DNA of 64,000 nucleotides from Takakia lepidozioides. Its lineage: Eukaryota > Plantae > Bryophyta. Every line of letters starts with the position of its first letter. Within the stretch, counting starts at the first letter, position 1. This document shows, piece after piece, positions 25,926 to 40,680 of the stretch. The DNA lies in the NCBI GenBank assembly GCA_030704615.1, contig CM060733.1, positions 34,348,001 through 34,412,000 on the forward strand, read 5' to 3'. A program made the position numbers and the translations under genes. Under the pieces are notes generated by a model. That model was not told the DNA's origin. It was given only the letters and a program-made list of their open reading frames with translations, and made no database searches.

Positions 25926-28900
25926 AGCAACGCAGAGTGCGGAATACACTTCCCTCAATGGTCTCTCTCCTACCGAGACGGTACAGGCAGTGAGTGGGGG
26001 CGAGCATATGAGGACCACGGGGGTGCATGCATCCATGGCACACGTGGGAGGTGCTCGAGGTTCAGAGGGAGTTGGCAGCCAAGGCGGCTGTGATGGATGA
26101 GGTTGGGGATTCTTCTCGAGTTGAGGAGGTCCTCAAGGATGAGATGATGGGGCAGGATGATGCCTTGTCATGACTGAGCAGGTAGGGAGTACTGCTCAAG
26201 AGGTTGCAGCATAGCAACCACGGGACGCGTCCTCTACCTCTAAGCCCACTGGACTTAAGGTTGTAGTTATGGAGGACAATTGGGAGCCTGAATTGGACCC
26301 ATTGTCACCGGAGGAGAGAGACGACGTATACGGCGGTTCCTGAGGGCTTACAGGAATTGCTTTGCCTTCAGTTTGAAGGACTTGGAGCACTGAAGGGTCA
26401 AGAGATCCGTATTGAGTTGGCCACTGACACGCCAATCTTTCGGAGACCCTATAGATACAGTGACATGGAGAGGTCTTTGATTCAGATGAGGACTCAAGAT
26501 CTCTGGGAGGTAGGTTTGGTGGAGCTCTCTGGTGGAGAGTATGCTTCAGCCACAATGATGCCAGCCAAGAAGGATGTCTATGGCAATTGGACGGAGAGAC
26601 GTATGTGCGGTGATTACCGGCCTGTAAATCGTCAGACCGAGTCCGATAAATATGCCATGCCAACACCAGAGGAGATCTTTGATGCCATCGGGCATGCTAG
26701 GCCTTTAGCACTTTGGATTTACGATCCGGATATCACCAGTTGCCAATCAAGGAGGCGGTCAAGCAGAAGACGGCATTCTGGGGGATCAATGAGCACGGCA
26801 AGGATTGCCTATATCAGTGGGCGGTTCTTACCATTTGGGCTTAAGAATGCTCCTGCAGAGTTTCAGAGAGTCATGGATAGGATTCTAGCAGGGGTGGTGG
26901 ACTTTGCTCGGTGCTACATAGATGACATCATCATCTTTAGTGTACGATGGAGGAGCATGAGAGACACCTTCAGGTGGTATTGGAGCGCTTGAGAGCGCAC
27001 GGATGAAGTTGCATCCGGGGAAGTGCAAGTTTTTCCACAACCAGATTGAGTAATCTGGGTCACATGATATAATCCTGGAGGATTGGGGGTACAGCAGACT
27101 AAGGTAGAGGCCATTGCACAAATTCCACGCCCCACGGATGTGAGCCGAGTTCGAGCTTTCATGGGGTTGGCAAACTATTATAGACGGTTTGTCAAGGGAT
27201 TTAGTACCATTGCAAAGGCTCTAACCAAGCTGACCAAGATGGACCAGGAGTGGCAGTGGGAAGATGAGCAGGAACGAGCTTTTCAAGAGCTCAAGGCGAG
27301 GTTGACCTCGGCGCCTATCTTGAGACGACCTATCAGGGGGCGTCCCTTTCAGCTGCATACGGATTGGAGCATGCTGGGGCTTGGAGCGGTGCTCACACAG
27401 GTGGATGATGAGGGAAGAGAGTTGTAGTGGCTTACACTAGCCGCTCGAACAACGCTGCAGAGGCTAAGTACAGCTCATATGAGGGAGAGTGCTTAGCTGC
27501 AGTGTGGGCCGTGGCACACTTCAGGTGCTATCTATACGGCAATCTTTCACCCTTGTCACAGATCACCAGCCACTCAAGTGGTTGATGGAGTCAGACAAGC
27601 TTACGGGGAAGCTTGCACGGTGGGCACTTATACTCCAGGAGTATGACTTTCAGGTTGTGCATCGACCGGGTTTGGTTGGTCATCGGGATGCGGATGGATT
27701 GAGTCGCAATCCATGCATGAGCCAGCAGGATGACACTGGAGCTCAGTGGCATGGTGAGACGGACGAGGAGATGGTGCCGGGATGGCACGCATCTGCTTTT
27801 TTGTGTATCTTGGCATCGGGAGGTCAGATTGGACCTACAACAGGGATGACTGTAGACGGAGTGTCTGAGGACCCTGAGGCTAGTGATGAGCTAGGTGGTG
27901 CCAGAGATATACATGAGGATTCGGCTGTGTTGGACTACCTCCGCACGGGAGACACGGCAGCCATTGTGACTGCCAGGGAGAGGGATCGGATCCTGCAACG
28001 AGCCAAGAGGTTCAAGTGGGAGGGATACACCTACTCGAGTGTGGGAGGATGGTCGGGTGAGGATTGTGCCTCACCCACAGAGCGTGCACGGTTAGTGCGG
28101 CATGCCCATGAGGAGTTGGGGCATTTTGGAGTGCGACGCACTCACAGTACTGCAGGGCAGGGCAGTATTGGTGGCGTGGTATGCATACAGAGGGTGCAAC
28201 AGTTTGTGGCTAGGTGCATGGTGTGTGACAGGGTGCGTGCTTCATTCAACGCCCCTACACCACAGTTGCATCCTTTACCAATCATGGGATTGGGCTACAG
28301 GTGGAGTCTTGACTTCGCAGGACCGTTGCCACTGACTATGCGCCACCACAGATATGTGTTGGTGATGGTGGAGCACTTCTCCAAGTGGATTGAGTTGGTT
28401 CCATTGCCTGACAAGGCTAGTGAGGGGGCTGCGTATGCATTCTTGGATCGTGTGCTTAGCCGATTTGGTGCTCCAGCTGAGGTACTCACGGACCAAGGGA
28501 GAGAGTTCTTGGGGGAGTTTCAGGCTTGGTGTGATAAAGCCTTGATAGACCACCGCACCACTTCTCGGGATCATCCTGAGGCCGATGGCTTAGCAGAGAG
28601 AGTTGTTCAGACGGTGAAGAGGGGTTTGCGCAAGTATGGCTTGCAGAAGGGACACCTAGGAGATTGGGATCTTCAGGTCCTTGGTTAGCCATGGGCTACA
28701 GGTCAGCAAACAAGCATCACTTGCCTCCTTCTCACCATATTTCCTTCTCTTTGGCCGAGAGCCGGATTTGCCTGCAGCCATTCGTAGGGACACTGCTCAA
28801 GTCCTTAACCTTGACAATCCGGACGTGTGGGTACGTGCATGTGATCAGCGTGCAGAGTGTGTTCAGAAAGTCATGCCCATGGCTTTTGAGAACCTTGCCA

Positions 28901-29204
28901 TTGCACAGCACCGTGATACGTTGAGGTATGCCACTATACGTGGTGGAGGATATCGTCCTGGGGTTCGGAGGTTTAGCCCTGGTGACTATGTTTATTTGCA
29001 GCAGACTGCTCCTACGACTCTGGATGTTACTGCAGGGCGTGTGTTATTCTGAGGTTCGAGAGGTGTTGCCCTCAGGGGTCCTGATCTTGGAGGGTCGGGA
29101 TGGCATGACTTGGAAGGACCATGTGCGTAATTGTGCGCCATGTCACCTTCCAATGTCGATGGCAGAGTTGACCCAAACTTGGCAGTGGTACCTGCAGGTT
29201 GAGG

Positions 29205-29338
29205 TGCATGCTCTGTGGGTCTGCCAAAGGGGCAGCCACCATGGTGGTGTGTGATCGATGCTCAAGGGGTTGGCATATGGGATGCTTGACACCACCTCTT
29301 GAGAAGGTCCTGACGGAGATTGGTTGTGTCCACACTGC
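29205..29338 (+). other. PHD finger at the integrase C-terminus, copy 1
   Basis: CMLC...CDRC..GWHMGC...(frameshift) WLCPHC, a C4HC3 pattern; intact in copy 2. Confidence 0.85.
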
Positions 29339-32300
29339 TTGGGATAGTGGCAGTGGACATGACTGGAGGCAGCTAACAAGACATGGGAGGCCAAGCTCAT
29401 AGGAGTCAATACATGAGATCCCAAGCTCAAGTTCACAGGTTGCAAGACGGCGACTAACGATGGGGCAACTCTTGCACCCGGCCTCTTGATCTATCGAGTT
29501 TGAGTGTAGTAGGGATAGTGGTGGAGGACTTAGTGAGGCTATGGTCACTATCACATCTTGTGGCTACCTGGACTTAGAGGGACCTAAGCACCAGCTAGGG
29601 GGGCGATTGTGTGGACTAGTGATTGCCATAGTGGGCAGCGTAGTGGCAGCCTAGTGACTGACTAGTTGTAGGCCTAGTGGTTGGACTAGTGGAGACTAGT
29701 GGTTATACTAGTGTGTGGTATGCACATGTGTTGTGTGGTTTTGGACAGCGATGTAGTTGTGTAGCGATATGTATGCGCACGACAAAGATCATGGATATGA
29801 TGCTCCAATGTGCTATGAGTGAAGCTTGAAGTGCACTAGGTTTAGTTGCTAGTTGATAAGTGGATTCAGATTTGTATTTTCCATTTTCAAACCACTTGTC
29901 TTCTATTTGCAGGTTACAACCCTACTGACCACCCCAACCCATTCTATCGGCAATTGCAATACACATGTACCTACATCTCAGATTCTGTGACTCATTTCAT
30001 CACTTATGTACAACAATATTATGGAACATATGCCCTGATCTCACTACAATCTGCTACACGACTATGACAAAGCAAAACTCCTTAACGATAAGGAATGGGC
30101 GCGCCAGGCAACTTACCCTGCGGGGTCACCAGCGGCTTGCCCATTCCCTAATATGTAAAGAATTTTCAAAATGAAAGTGCCTTGCCAGTCTGGCAAGGAG
30201 CGTTACGGAGATTATAAGCCACTCGCGCGAGGTGCTTACACTCCGTAAGCCATTCTAGCAACGTGGCACTATATTCCATGAAATAAGCCCACTGGAAATA
30301 CAAAGGATTGTTTTTGGAAATTCGTAGGGGGATGTTCCCGATGGTACATTGGGCTCCGCAGATTGCGGTGAGAGAGCTGGGGACTTAGTTTTTTTTCCCC
30401 AAGCTCTCTCCCGCTGATGCACCCTGAACCCCTCTCCCAATCTGACGTGAACTGAAGCTAGGTGCAGCTTTCAGTAACTCCTCAAGACAGATATGACGTC
30501 TTGACGTCTTGATGGCAATGCCCTAACCCCTCTTTCTCTCTAATGAACAAATAGAAATTTGCTCCATCCTCACGTTTTCCCCTTCTCCCTTCTCTCTTCC
30601 TACCGCGGGCATCCCCTCTCTCCCTGCTATCATCCACAAGCTCCCTCCTCTGATCTCTACTGCCATTTATGGGCCGCCATTGCACGCCGCAGCACGTCCT
30701 CCCAAGTTCACATAATATGTCGCTCCTTATCTCTGCAGAAGCCGCCATCCTCTGCAAAGTATTTAAGAGCACAATTATATTTGTTGCAATCCCCATCTCA
30801 TGGCGACAACCCCCTCTCCTCGTGCAGCGAGAAAGTATGCGGTGTTGAAAAGGCCAATGTCGGCGATTTTACTTCCGCATGCTTAGATCCTGGCGGCTTT
30901 CTAATTTCCAGCCGCCGAAAGCAGGAAAGTGATCAATTCCCTCGGCTCCTTATCCTGTCTTTTCTCTCAGCTGATAAGGCTCTCAGCACTCTTACCGCTT
31001 ATTCACCTTGCCCCTTGGTTGCTTAGCTGTTTCAGTTTCTCTTCTTTTCCCTGAAAGTCTTATCAGTGACTCTATAGAAAGATCAGGAGAGGGGAAAGAG
31101 GTTCTCTCTGCTCACTTGTGCCAGGTGTTGGGCTGACGTCTCTCTCTTAGCTAGGCCGCAAAAATGAGCTCTCGAGGCACCACAAGCAAAAGAGGGAACA
31201 AGGGGAGCTCAGCAATGCGCAGCAGCTCAGCGCTCACTGCCAAAGGAGGAAAGACTTCTTGGATAATAAAAAACAACACCAACTCTATCGGCTCAGGGGA
31301 TTCAATTTTGGGCAAAGGCCCGAGTCCCACCATCAATGCACAATCCCCTTCTCGGACGAGGGGGTGTGGGAAGACCATCCCTCAGGATGTCCCTGATCAG
31401 CCTGTACTAAAGTTGGATACAGAAAAGCTCAAATTGCAGACGCAGAAGCTAACCCTAAGGGGGGTTCTAATCTATTTCCCAGGGAAGCTAAAGCCAAGGG
31501 ATCACAGTAAGAAGATGGATTGTACAACACTTAGGTGCTGGCGGGAGGCTGGCTCAGACTTTTGCCTTTCGATGGGAAGGGGGTTCTACTTGGCCCTTTT
31601 TTGCCTCACAGAGGGACTGGGGTCATAGGCAAGGGATTTTGTGGAGACCAAGGGTGATAGTAATTCCTTACCTCCCTGCCACTTACCTAATGTCGCTTCC
31701 AGAAATTGGTGCCAGTTTTGGCACCTTTATTGGTTCCCTGAATGTCGTCGAACAAGTCCAGGACAACATCAAGAGTGTCGACAACGAGGCGATTCATGTT
31801 GACCTCGCAAAAGACGTCGGAGTGTTAAAGATTGTAGTCCTCATGCTGGAGTCCAAATCGATTGGGTCTCCAATCAAGCTCCCCAGGTGGACGATTCCTA
31901 CATCGTTATCTCAATCAAGGAGGAGCTCATCTCCACAATTTGCTTTTTGTGCAACGGAGAGGGTCACATTCGGGCCAACTACCCGAAGCTGCGCAAAAAC
32001 AGGCTTTCGAAAGTTTCCAAGCAGCCTGCTATACCAAATGACAAGACAACTCCTCAATGAGAACTTCATCGCCAGGTGCCATTGTGGGAGACAACCAGCA
32101 AGTAAACTCGGAGTTGTTACACAGGGGCCACACTGCCAAAAAAAGGAAGCATGAAGGGAACGGGACGACTGGAATCCATCTTAACCGCCCATACGATCTG
32201 GCCCCGGTCAGAATCCCAAAAGCATGGACTTCCTACCCATTCTCAGAACAAGAGTTGAATCCTTTGGAGAGCAACAGCCTCGCCATTGCATTTTTGGAGC

Positions 32301-34764
32301 TGCATTCATTCTCAAGGAGGCCTCTAGCAGGGTGGGCTCCCGGGACTGCCTATGCCAAAGACAGGGCAACAGTCTGTGTAACCCCCCTCATTTACAAATT
32401 CTTTGACGACTACACAAACTTTTTGTCCCTAACAGCAGAGAAGGCTTCTGCTCTGCATGGGTCACTGAAGCCTTGGCCGCAGATATGTTTGGTGGACCAG
32501 CATTGACTTCGCTCTCCACTTGACAAACCAAGTGCTCAGGGAGTTCTTCCCCCCCATATCCATCTCTCAAACTCGCATGCAGCACATAAGCGTTATGGTT
32601 GAGAATAATGCTGCTCTTGTCAATTTGGCAGTCATCCACGTGCTACCCATTTTCAAATTTGAAGACCCGGCTGCCGCTGACGACCCTATATTTGGAACTT
32701 GGGGTGGACAAGTTTGGCCTTTCTTGCAAGGTTGTTGATCCCAATGCATGGGCTCGCAGCTCTGTCATCATGGAAGAAGGGCTGAAAATGGTGGTTGAAC
32801 TCTCTAGCATGCAGAAACAAAAAGCCCCGACTATTGTGGACTCAATCAACACTGAGGACAAAGAGCCCAACAAGGAGATGGTGCTCTACAATCAAGACCA
32901 CATGCTGCTCTCTTCCAATGAGGCCCACAAATGCACAGATTTGGTCCAGCCAGAGGAGACAATGGACTCACCACCGGCGGTAAGTGTCAAGTTATTTTAC
33001 CACTAGTGTGAAACTAGCTAGGAAATAGCTAGCTTTTACATATTGACATTTGGGATTGGCCCAAGTGTCAATCCAGGGGTCAAGGCAGATTTAGGCCCTG
33101 GAGTGGTTATCTTCACGGCAAGCGCGGAAGGCTCATCTTTCTCGAGTTGAGCCTCACCGCGCCTAGCTATGGCGCCGCAGTGTGGATTCCCCATGGCGTG
33201 GGGTGCACTTGGCTTGACTTGTATTTGAGTGATGAGGTTATATATGCATGAGTTTATGCTTCAGCTTTGTGAGCTCGCATGAGCTTGTGTTTGTATTCTT
33301 TTTCTTTATCACTCGAGAAAGATGAGCTCGTATCTGTGAGTGCCAGATACGAGTTAGTTGTAGCACTTGTGGTTTTTGCTTGAGAATGAGAGAAACCAAG
33401 TTGTTATGCAAGGAGCCCTGTAGAGCTCTTGGTTGTTAGAAGCGGAGGCGATGTGGGTTACGAGGTGGTAGACCTTGGCATTCGATCTTCAGCTTCAGAG
33501 ATGAAAGCACCATGCTGCAGGTAATTCCAGAGCACCTTGATGGTTTCAGATTGTGTACATGCATGAGCAATCACGATTGGGAAGAGGACCAGTCAAGAGC
33601 AGGTTATAGTGGCTTTGGTGGCAAAGCTGAGAACTGGACTTGGGAATGCGAGCTTTCATTGTGTGAAGGATTGCAAGACCAAGCGAAAGGCTGATTTGGC
33701 TTGGGGCAAATCAATGCACTTTGTGGAGTATGGTGAGATGGGTTTCAATCTCGAGCTTCAGCATTGAGAGGGCTCTTGTCATGCAGGAAGAGCAGGGCTA
33801 GAACAGGAGCTAAGAGGTGCGGCAAGGCCATGGAATGTGCACCTAGGGTTTCAGAGCTTGGAAGAAGAGCTCTTGCACCACAAGAGAAGTGTCTTGTGGC
33901 TGGAAATGTAAGCCTTAGGGTTCCAGGAGCTTGGCAAAGGCTGTGGAGTGCTTAGTCTTGTCTTAGAGAGCATCAAGGAGCCAAGGGAGCCAAGATAGGG
34001 GGCTGATATCTCTTGTGTGAAGAGGTTGCATGTGTGGAGCATGTATTCAGCTCATTGAAGCTTCCATCTTCAAGCTTGGAGGGCAAGCAAGGAAGTGGGA
34101 AGGGCTGACTTCCCTTATGTGAGGGCAATGCATGTGTGGAGGCATGCTTTCAGCCTGCTGAAGCTTGTATTTTCAGGTTTGTGGGTGCAAGAAATGAAGC
34201 AAAGGAGCTGATTCTCTTATGGTGAGAGTGGGGCATGTGTGGAGCATGCCTTCAGCCCATTGAGGCTCTTGTTTTCAAGCTTTAGAGAGCTAGAACGGAA
34301 GGTCTAGGGCTGGTTTCCACTTGGAGTGAAAGAAAAGCACTTGTAGGGCCTATGTGAGTTGGGGTTTTCAACTTCAAGCTTGAAGGGAGCGCAACTCTTG
34401 AAGCAGCAGGGTGTAGGGGCTGGAATAGGCTCTAAGATACATGCTATGGCCAAGGAGAGTGCTTGAATGAGTGCTCACAAGGGCTGGGAACCAGCAGGGC
34501 TTGGTTGTTTGCCATTGAGTTAGTGGCGTGTTTGGGGGTGTTTGGGGAGGCTAAGTGAGAAAGAAGGCTTGGTTTGTGGCAACCACCTCATGGCTTAGGG
34601 CTACTATGGTGGTGTGGGGAGTCGAAAGAGCAAGAATACCTTGCTGATTTCCTCACAGCTGCCATAGCTCGGTGGAAAGAAGCCTAGAGTCCAAGAGACA
34701 CAAACCCTAGCTTGGCGTGGCTAAACCCCTTGGAGAAATGGCTAAACTGCCAGAGCGGCCATGG

Positions 34765-36060
34765 ATGGGCTGTGAGGGGCGTGTGTTTGTGACAGGCTGT
34801 GCCCATGGCCTTCGGGGCTGTGTGACGGGCTGTGAGGGCCTGTGACGGGCTTGCCCGGTGGCTTGGGGGCTGTGATGGGCTGTGCCCAGTGGCCTGTGGG
34901 GCTGTGACGGGTTGTGAGGGCTGTGTGACAGGCTGGTGCCCATGGCCTTTGGGGCTGTGATGATGTGAGGGCCTTACTGGGTGTGGCTGGGGGCTGTGAC
35001 AGGCCGTGCCTGAGGCCTTTGGGGCTGTGACGGGGCGTGTGACGGGCTGTGTCAGGCCGTGCCTGAGGCTGTGGGGCTTGTGACAGGCTGTGCCCAGTGG
35101 CCTGAGGGGCTGTGTGACAGGCTGTGCATGGCCTTTGGGGCTGTGATGGGCTGTGAGGGGCTGTGACATGCCGTGCCTGAGGCCTGTGGGGCTGTGTGTG
35201 ACGGATGTGCAGTGGCCTGAGGGGCTGTGTGTGAAAGGCTGTGCCCATGGCCGTGGGGGGGTTGTGATGGGCTGTGAGGGGCTGTTGGTTGTGACATGCC
35301 GTGCCTGAGGCTGTGGGGCTGTGGGGTTGTGACGGGCTGTGAGGGGCTGTGACAGGCTGTGCCCAGTGGCCTGGGGATGTGGGCTGTGATGTGATGGGCT
35401 TGTGAGGGGTGTGACAGGCGTGCCTGAGGCATTGGGGATTGCTGCGTGTGTTGTTGGTGTGTGACGGGCTGTGAGGGGCTGTGTCAGGCCGTGCCTGAGG
35501 CTTGTGGGGCTGTGACAGGCTGTGCCATGGCCGTTGGGGCTGTTGTGTGATGTGGGTATGAGGGCTGTGCTGTTGACAGGCCGTGCCTGAGGCCTTTGGG
35601 GCTGTGACGGGCTGTGAGGGGCTGTGACAGGCCGTGCCTGAGGCCTTTGGGGTTGTGACGGGCTGTGAGGGGTATGTCAGGCCGTGCTGAGGCTTGTGGG
35701 GCTGTGACAGGCTGTGCCCGTGGCCGTGGGGCTGTGACGGGCTGTGAGGGGCTGTGACAGGCTATGCCCGTGGCCTTTGGGGCTGTGAGGGGCTGTGACA
35801 GGCCGTGCTGAGGCCTTTGGGGCTTGTGTGACGGGCTGTGAAGGGTGTGACGGCTGTGTTAGGCCGGGCCTGAGGCCTTTGGGGGCTGTGAGGGGCTGTG
35901 CGAGCTCTGTGTGAAAGGCTGTGCCCAGTGGCCTGTGGGCTGTGATGGCGTGTGTGTGCGGGGCTGTGACAGGCGTGTGGGGTGTGAGGGCTTGGCCCAG
36001 TGGCCTGTGGGACTGTGAGGCTGTGACCAGTGAGCTGTGTGGGCCTGTGCTGGTCTGTGT
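34765..36060. repeat. G/T-rich minisatellite in the 5' leader of copy 2
   Basis: Same GGGCTGTGA-type units as 19965-21800, shorter array. Confidence 0.95.
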
Positions 36061-39000
36061 TGGCCCGTGTTGACCTGTGGACGGCCTGTGCTGACTCGTG
36101 GAGGCACTGATGGACTGCCTAAGGACTGGCATGTGTCTGGAAGGCCGAATTTTGAAGCTCGTGGATGGCGGTTTGAGGAGTATCTTCATGATATTCCCAT
36201 GGTCATGCAAGTGAGGGAGAGAGGAGAGGAGAGTGTTGGGATGAGGGCATGCTGGGGTTAGGCATTGCTTTAGCTTCTCTTCTCGTAGTTTCCACCCTCT
36301 CATTAGGCCAAGACCTTTCCGTAGGTGGAGGCAAGAGTCAGTCCGGGTTTGGGCTGGGGTGTCCTTGCAGGAGCAACACCGTGGAGTTGTTTTTGGTGTG
36401 GGGGAGTTGTCGTTCTGATTTCTTGTGTTTGGATCCCCTCCATACCTGCATGCTTGACTGTGCGCCATGCTAGTTTTGTGTGGGCGCTTGTTTTTATAGG
36501 TGATTGGTCCGGATTTGATCACCGGCCAGTCCTAGAGCATGCTGTCGATGGTGAGGTTGGGTGATGACCAGCCAGACCATCATTGTTTCTCCTGTGGTGA
36601 GGTTGGAGGTGATGACCAGCCAACCATAGGAGTGCTTGCGGTGGATGCAGGTACAGGTGTAGGCTATGTTAGGAACTTAGTATTCCAAACCATAAGCCGC
36701 AACAGGTTCTCTACCCGGTTACCTTGTGGAGAGGGGGTTAGGGACATGTTCATGACCGGTTGAGTGTCAACACGGAGGTGCCACTAGTTGCTGGGGACAG
36801 TGCCGGTTCGAGCACTAGCGATACTAGTGGGTACACGAGACGAGGTGTGCGGTTTAGGCCACCTTCACCTCCTGTGTCTTCCACGGAAGGTTCTGATTCG
36901 GATTGTGAATCAGGAGGACTCATACCGGCGGTGCAAGTTGTTTCTTTGCCATTGTTGTGGGACACAATGGAGGAGATGTATGGAGCTACCAAGGGGCCAC
37001 GAAGGTACTCTGGGGCGGTGGGCACCATCGAGTTGGATGATTTTATCCAAGAGTTTGATAGTTGGTGTGATTTGCAGCAAATGCGCAATCCACAACTATT
37101 TACGCCTTTCATGGCATGGAAGGGGCTGTTTCAGCACCTTGAGGGGCCGCCTATGGATGATTACCATGAGTTCAGGCGGGGGCATGAGGTTGAGATCAAG
37201 GAGTGGAGGATGTACTGGTCACCCGACTATGTCTCCATCACTAGGGGCACTAGAGCCACGAGGGCAGTGGCTACACCTGCCGCTGCACCGGCAGCTTCAG
37301 CAAGTAGCAGAGGGGACTAGTGGGACTGGTGGTACAGTAGCTACGACGTCCACCCAAGCCACTACCGCACCAGCACTAGTACCCGTGCCTGCCTTCAACC
37401 CTGTTGTGGAGTTCTTCGAAGAGAGTTGAGAGGGAACTACCAAGGGGTGAGGACAGAGAAGTTGCGGAGCTTGCAAGAGTTCCAACGGAAGCCGACCGAG
37501 AGCTTGAGGGAGGCTTTCACTCGCATGAGGCGCTTGATAAATGTAACCCAAGGGGTTACGGAAGCTCAGGCAGTCCAATTCTGGTATGGGATATTGGACA
37601 AGGAGCTGAGGAGAAGGGTGCGGGATGCAAACTCTCCTACAAGCGGCCCAACCCACCTTAGCAAATGTGTTTTTGCTGGCAGAGCGGATAGAGCTCAACA
37701 TGGTGGAGGAACGAGTGGTCATGGTGGGATTTGCTAAGGAGACACCACGGGGTAGTGGTGCTCCTAGCCAACCACTACCTCAACGTGCTCAAGGCAACAA
37801 GGGGGCTCAGGTGAAGCTCAGGGAAGGGCAGAGAGGACCTCAGATGCAGGGGTCTCTCCCTTCATTTGCTGGCCAACAACGGGCGGATGTGGGTGTGCTG
37901 GACATGTGGAGGACCCCATGTCAAGAAGGATTGCCCAGAGGGAGGCAAAAGGACGGCACATGCACAGCCTGCACAGTTGCAGTGTGGGCATTGTGGCAAG
38001 CACGGGCATGGAGAGGCCCAGTGTTATGGTTTGCATCCTGAGTTGCGCCCAGGCCAGTTCCAAGGGAACAATGGTGGCCGGGGGCGAGGTGGAGCAGCCC
38101 AGAGAGGACGAGGTGGCCAGCCACGAGGTGCAGGCCAAGGGCAAGCTCAACGTGGCCAAGGACGCGGAGGTCAGGGTGTTGACCAAGGCATGGCCAACCG
38201 GCTTCAGCAGCTAGAGCAGAGGCTCGCTGCCATGGCTACAGCTCAGGTGGTACCGGCTCTAAGGCCGGATGGTCCCACCTCCTGCTCCTGAGGGAGGAGA
38301 TATGGGAGGCATGGGATTCATGTGTGGAGCAGCACTACCACTAGTGCAGGTGGAGTCTGCTGCAGCCGTGACTCGAGGAGCAGCACGAGTTCCTGAGCCA
38401 CGAGGTGCAGAGGTGGAGTTGGATCCACAGCATGGGGAGGCAAGCCGTCAGGCTAGGCTTCCTCAGTCATTCACATTGGCGGAGACAGTGTCGACGCCAT
38501 CCATGGCACCTAGTTCTCGCCCGACTGTTACCGAGGCGGAGGTTACTATGCCATTGGGGAGAGCTACACGGGTAGCACCACTACCTAGTGTTGCCAAGGC
38601 TACGGCAGCTAGTGTGCTGCTAGGAGCGGCCACATCTGTGTGCCAGGCTCCATTGTTCTCGGCTACCATGATTGCGACGCCGGGGGTAAAACCAGCTGAG
38701 GTGTTCAGGCTGGCAGCTACACTCTGTGAGAGTGGGGAGGTTACTTCATCTTCTGCGGAGATAGTGGGAGGGTGTAGTGCCGGAGGGATCCTCGGATTTG
38801 AGGGTCAAGACTGCCACGGCGGCGCCATGGCAAAGCAAGCTGCCAGGTTGATGGAGCTGCCAGCTAGCCAGCCATTGAGCGCGCCATGGTGACACCTGAG
38901 TTGTCATGTTAGACAACCAGGATGGCATTTTCTGTTTGAGTGGACCGCAGGCAAGAGGTACCGGCCACTGCCGGGTCTTGTTGGACTCGAGAGCTCAGCC

Positions 39001-39689
39001 ATTGATGCTGGGCAGAGCTGCTATTGCAGGCTTGGGCCTCACGGAGGCGGATATGGAGCCTTGTCCTTTCCAGATACAGACGTCTCTGGGAGGATCGGAG
39101 CAGGCTTGGGGCATGACACGGCGTGAGTTGGCTATCAGACTACGGCCGGATCACCCTACAGATGGCTCAGTGATGCGAGCCAAGGCATTGTGACAGACAC
39201 AGTCTCATACGATGTCCTGGTTGGTGGGGGGCAGTGTTGTACCCCATGGGCTTCACCCTGGATTTTTGGGAGGAGTCAGCTTCCTATAGGCCTGCATGGC
39301 AGTCAGGGGAGGGCCGGCGTGTGCAGCTCCCTGTGACGTTCATAGGAGGAGTTGCGGTTGCCCAGCGAGGCAAGATGCCGACACTAGCAGCATTCACAGC
39401 GGCAGTGAGTTGGCCTAGAGAGTTGCTTGAGGGCAATGCTCATTCAGAGGATGTACCACCTCCGGGAGAGCAGGATGACATGTATGGTATGGTGGAGTTG
39501 CCTACCATGGTTGCTCAGACTCCATTGTGGGGCACGAGCAAGGATTTGCAGCGGGATGCTGATCGACGGGTGCAACAAGCCTGGGTGGAGGCTTTTGTAC
39601 CGTCAGGAGAGGAGGAGAGTGTGGGGATTGCACCAGGACCACCTCAATTGTCTCCATTGGACACCACACCTATTGTGTGGCAGTATCCG

Positions 39690-40680
39690 GATGAAGGCAT
39701 TTGTCTTCTGGACTTGTTTGGCGGGATCAGCACCGGATTGGCTGCTGTGTTACAAGCAGGTGTACGAGTTCGGCGTTACCTGTATGTGGAGAGGGATGAG
39801 ACTGCACGACGCGTTTCACTTCGCCATGTTGCTCAGTTGGTGCAGCGGTACCCTGAGTTGTTGTCGGTGTCTGCAATTCGTGGATATCAGCAGGCCTTGC
39901 CAGCAGACATTTCGTTGCTGGGGGCGCAGGATTTGGAGCGGGTTGGCTCCATTGATCTGGTAGTGGCAGGTGGCCCTGCCAAGGGCATTCATCAGCCGGG
40001 CATGGCAATGGATTGCGAGACTCGAGGTCGGGTCTGTTTTGGGAGATGGTGCGGGTTTTGCGCCACTTGCAGCTTCATCAAGCTGTATCTCCAGCATACA
40101 TCTTGGAGAATGTGCCACTGATGGGCGATTCTCGGGCCAGGGTGATGGCCAGTGTGCATCAAGTCCGGTCGTGGCTTGGGTCAGCAGTGTTGCTAGATGC
40201 AGCTACAGTGGGGTCATGGGATCACGGCTCATCGTCCACGGCTATGGTGGACTAACTTGATGCCACCCGCACTGCTCAAGCGTGCATTTGATGGGGGTGC
40301 AGCGGCCAGCACATCTCACAGTGGATAACATTCTGGACACAGGGAGGCAGTCTCAGGTGTGAGACACGATGACCGTTCGCCTTTGGCAGTGGTCAACAAG
40401 GTGGGTCAACCACGAGCAGCATTACCTACACTGCTCAGCTTCCCAGGATCGCATGCTTTCCGGGATAGTGGACCTGGCCTCCTGTGGGATGCTCAGTTGC
40501 AGCAGTTAGTGGAGCCTAATGCTGACGAGCGTGAGCGGGCAATGGGTTTGGTACCACGGTGTCACCTGGTACCACGGCGGTGTCGTCTCTTTCTGAGGCA
40601 TCACGTCGTCAAGTGTTGGGGCAAGCAATGGATCTCAATTGCTTGACCTGGATTATCAGCTTGGCTCTGGCTGAGCAACG
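39690..40680 (+). pseudogene. C5 cytosine DNA methyltransferase domain (DNMT3-like), copy 2
   Basis: LLDLFGGISTGL...YVERD...IDLVVAG continuous in ORF 39234..40121; then PCQG, ILENV, ERERAMG and RRQVLGQAM in shifted frames. Confidence 0.9.

Larger units (their letters stand above)
22052..29347 (+). pseudogene. gag-pol: gag-pol polyprotein of copy 1, frameshifted
   Basis: Knuckles CWTCGGPHVKKDC and CGHCGKHGHGEAQC; protease VLLDSGAQ (~24257); RT RMCGDYR, LPFGLKNAP, YIDD (~26915); RNase H LHTDWS, ADGLSR; integrase LDFAGP, TDQG, GLAER; stop at 29345-29347. Confidence 0.9.
18458..29784 (+). mobile_element. DNMT- and PHD-carrying Ty3/Gypsy-type element, copy 1 (no LTR direct repeats seen)
   Basis: TGTCAAG...CACGACA ends; TSD AAGA at 18454-18457 and 29785-29788; gag-PR-MTase-RT-RH-INT-PHD; colinear with 32985-45023. 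Confidence 0.92.

Noticed and set aside
33521-33677. Segments present in copy 2 but missing in copy 1 (also ~36211-36653) read as spliced introns
   Set aside because: They begin with GT, but copy 1's junctions do not match clean GT-AG removal; flanking TGCA(A/G)G microhomology fits deletion or template switching equally well.
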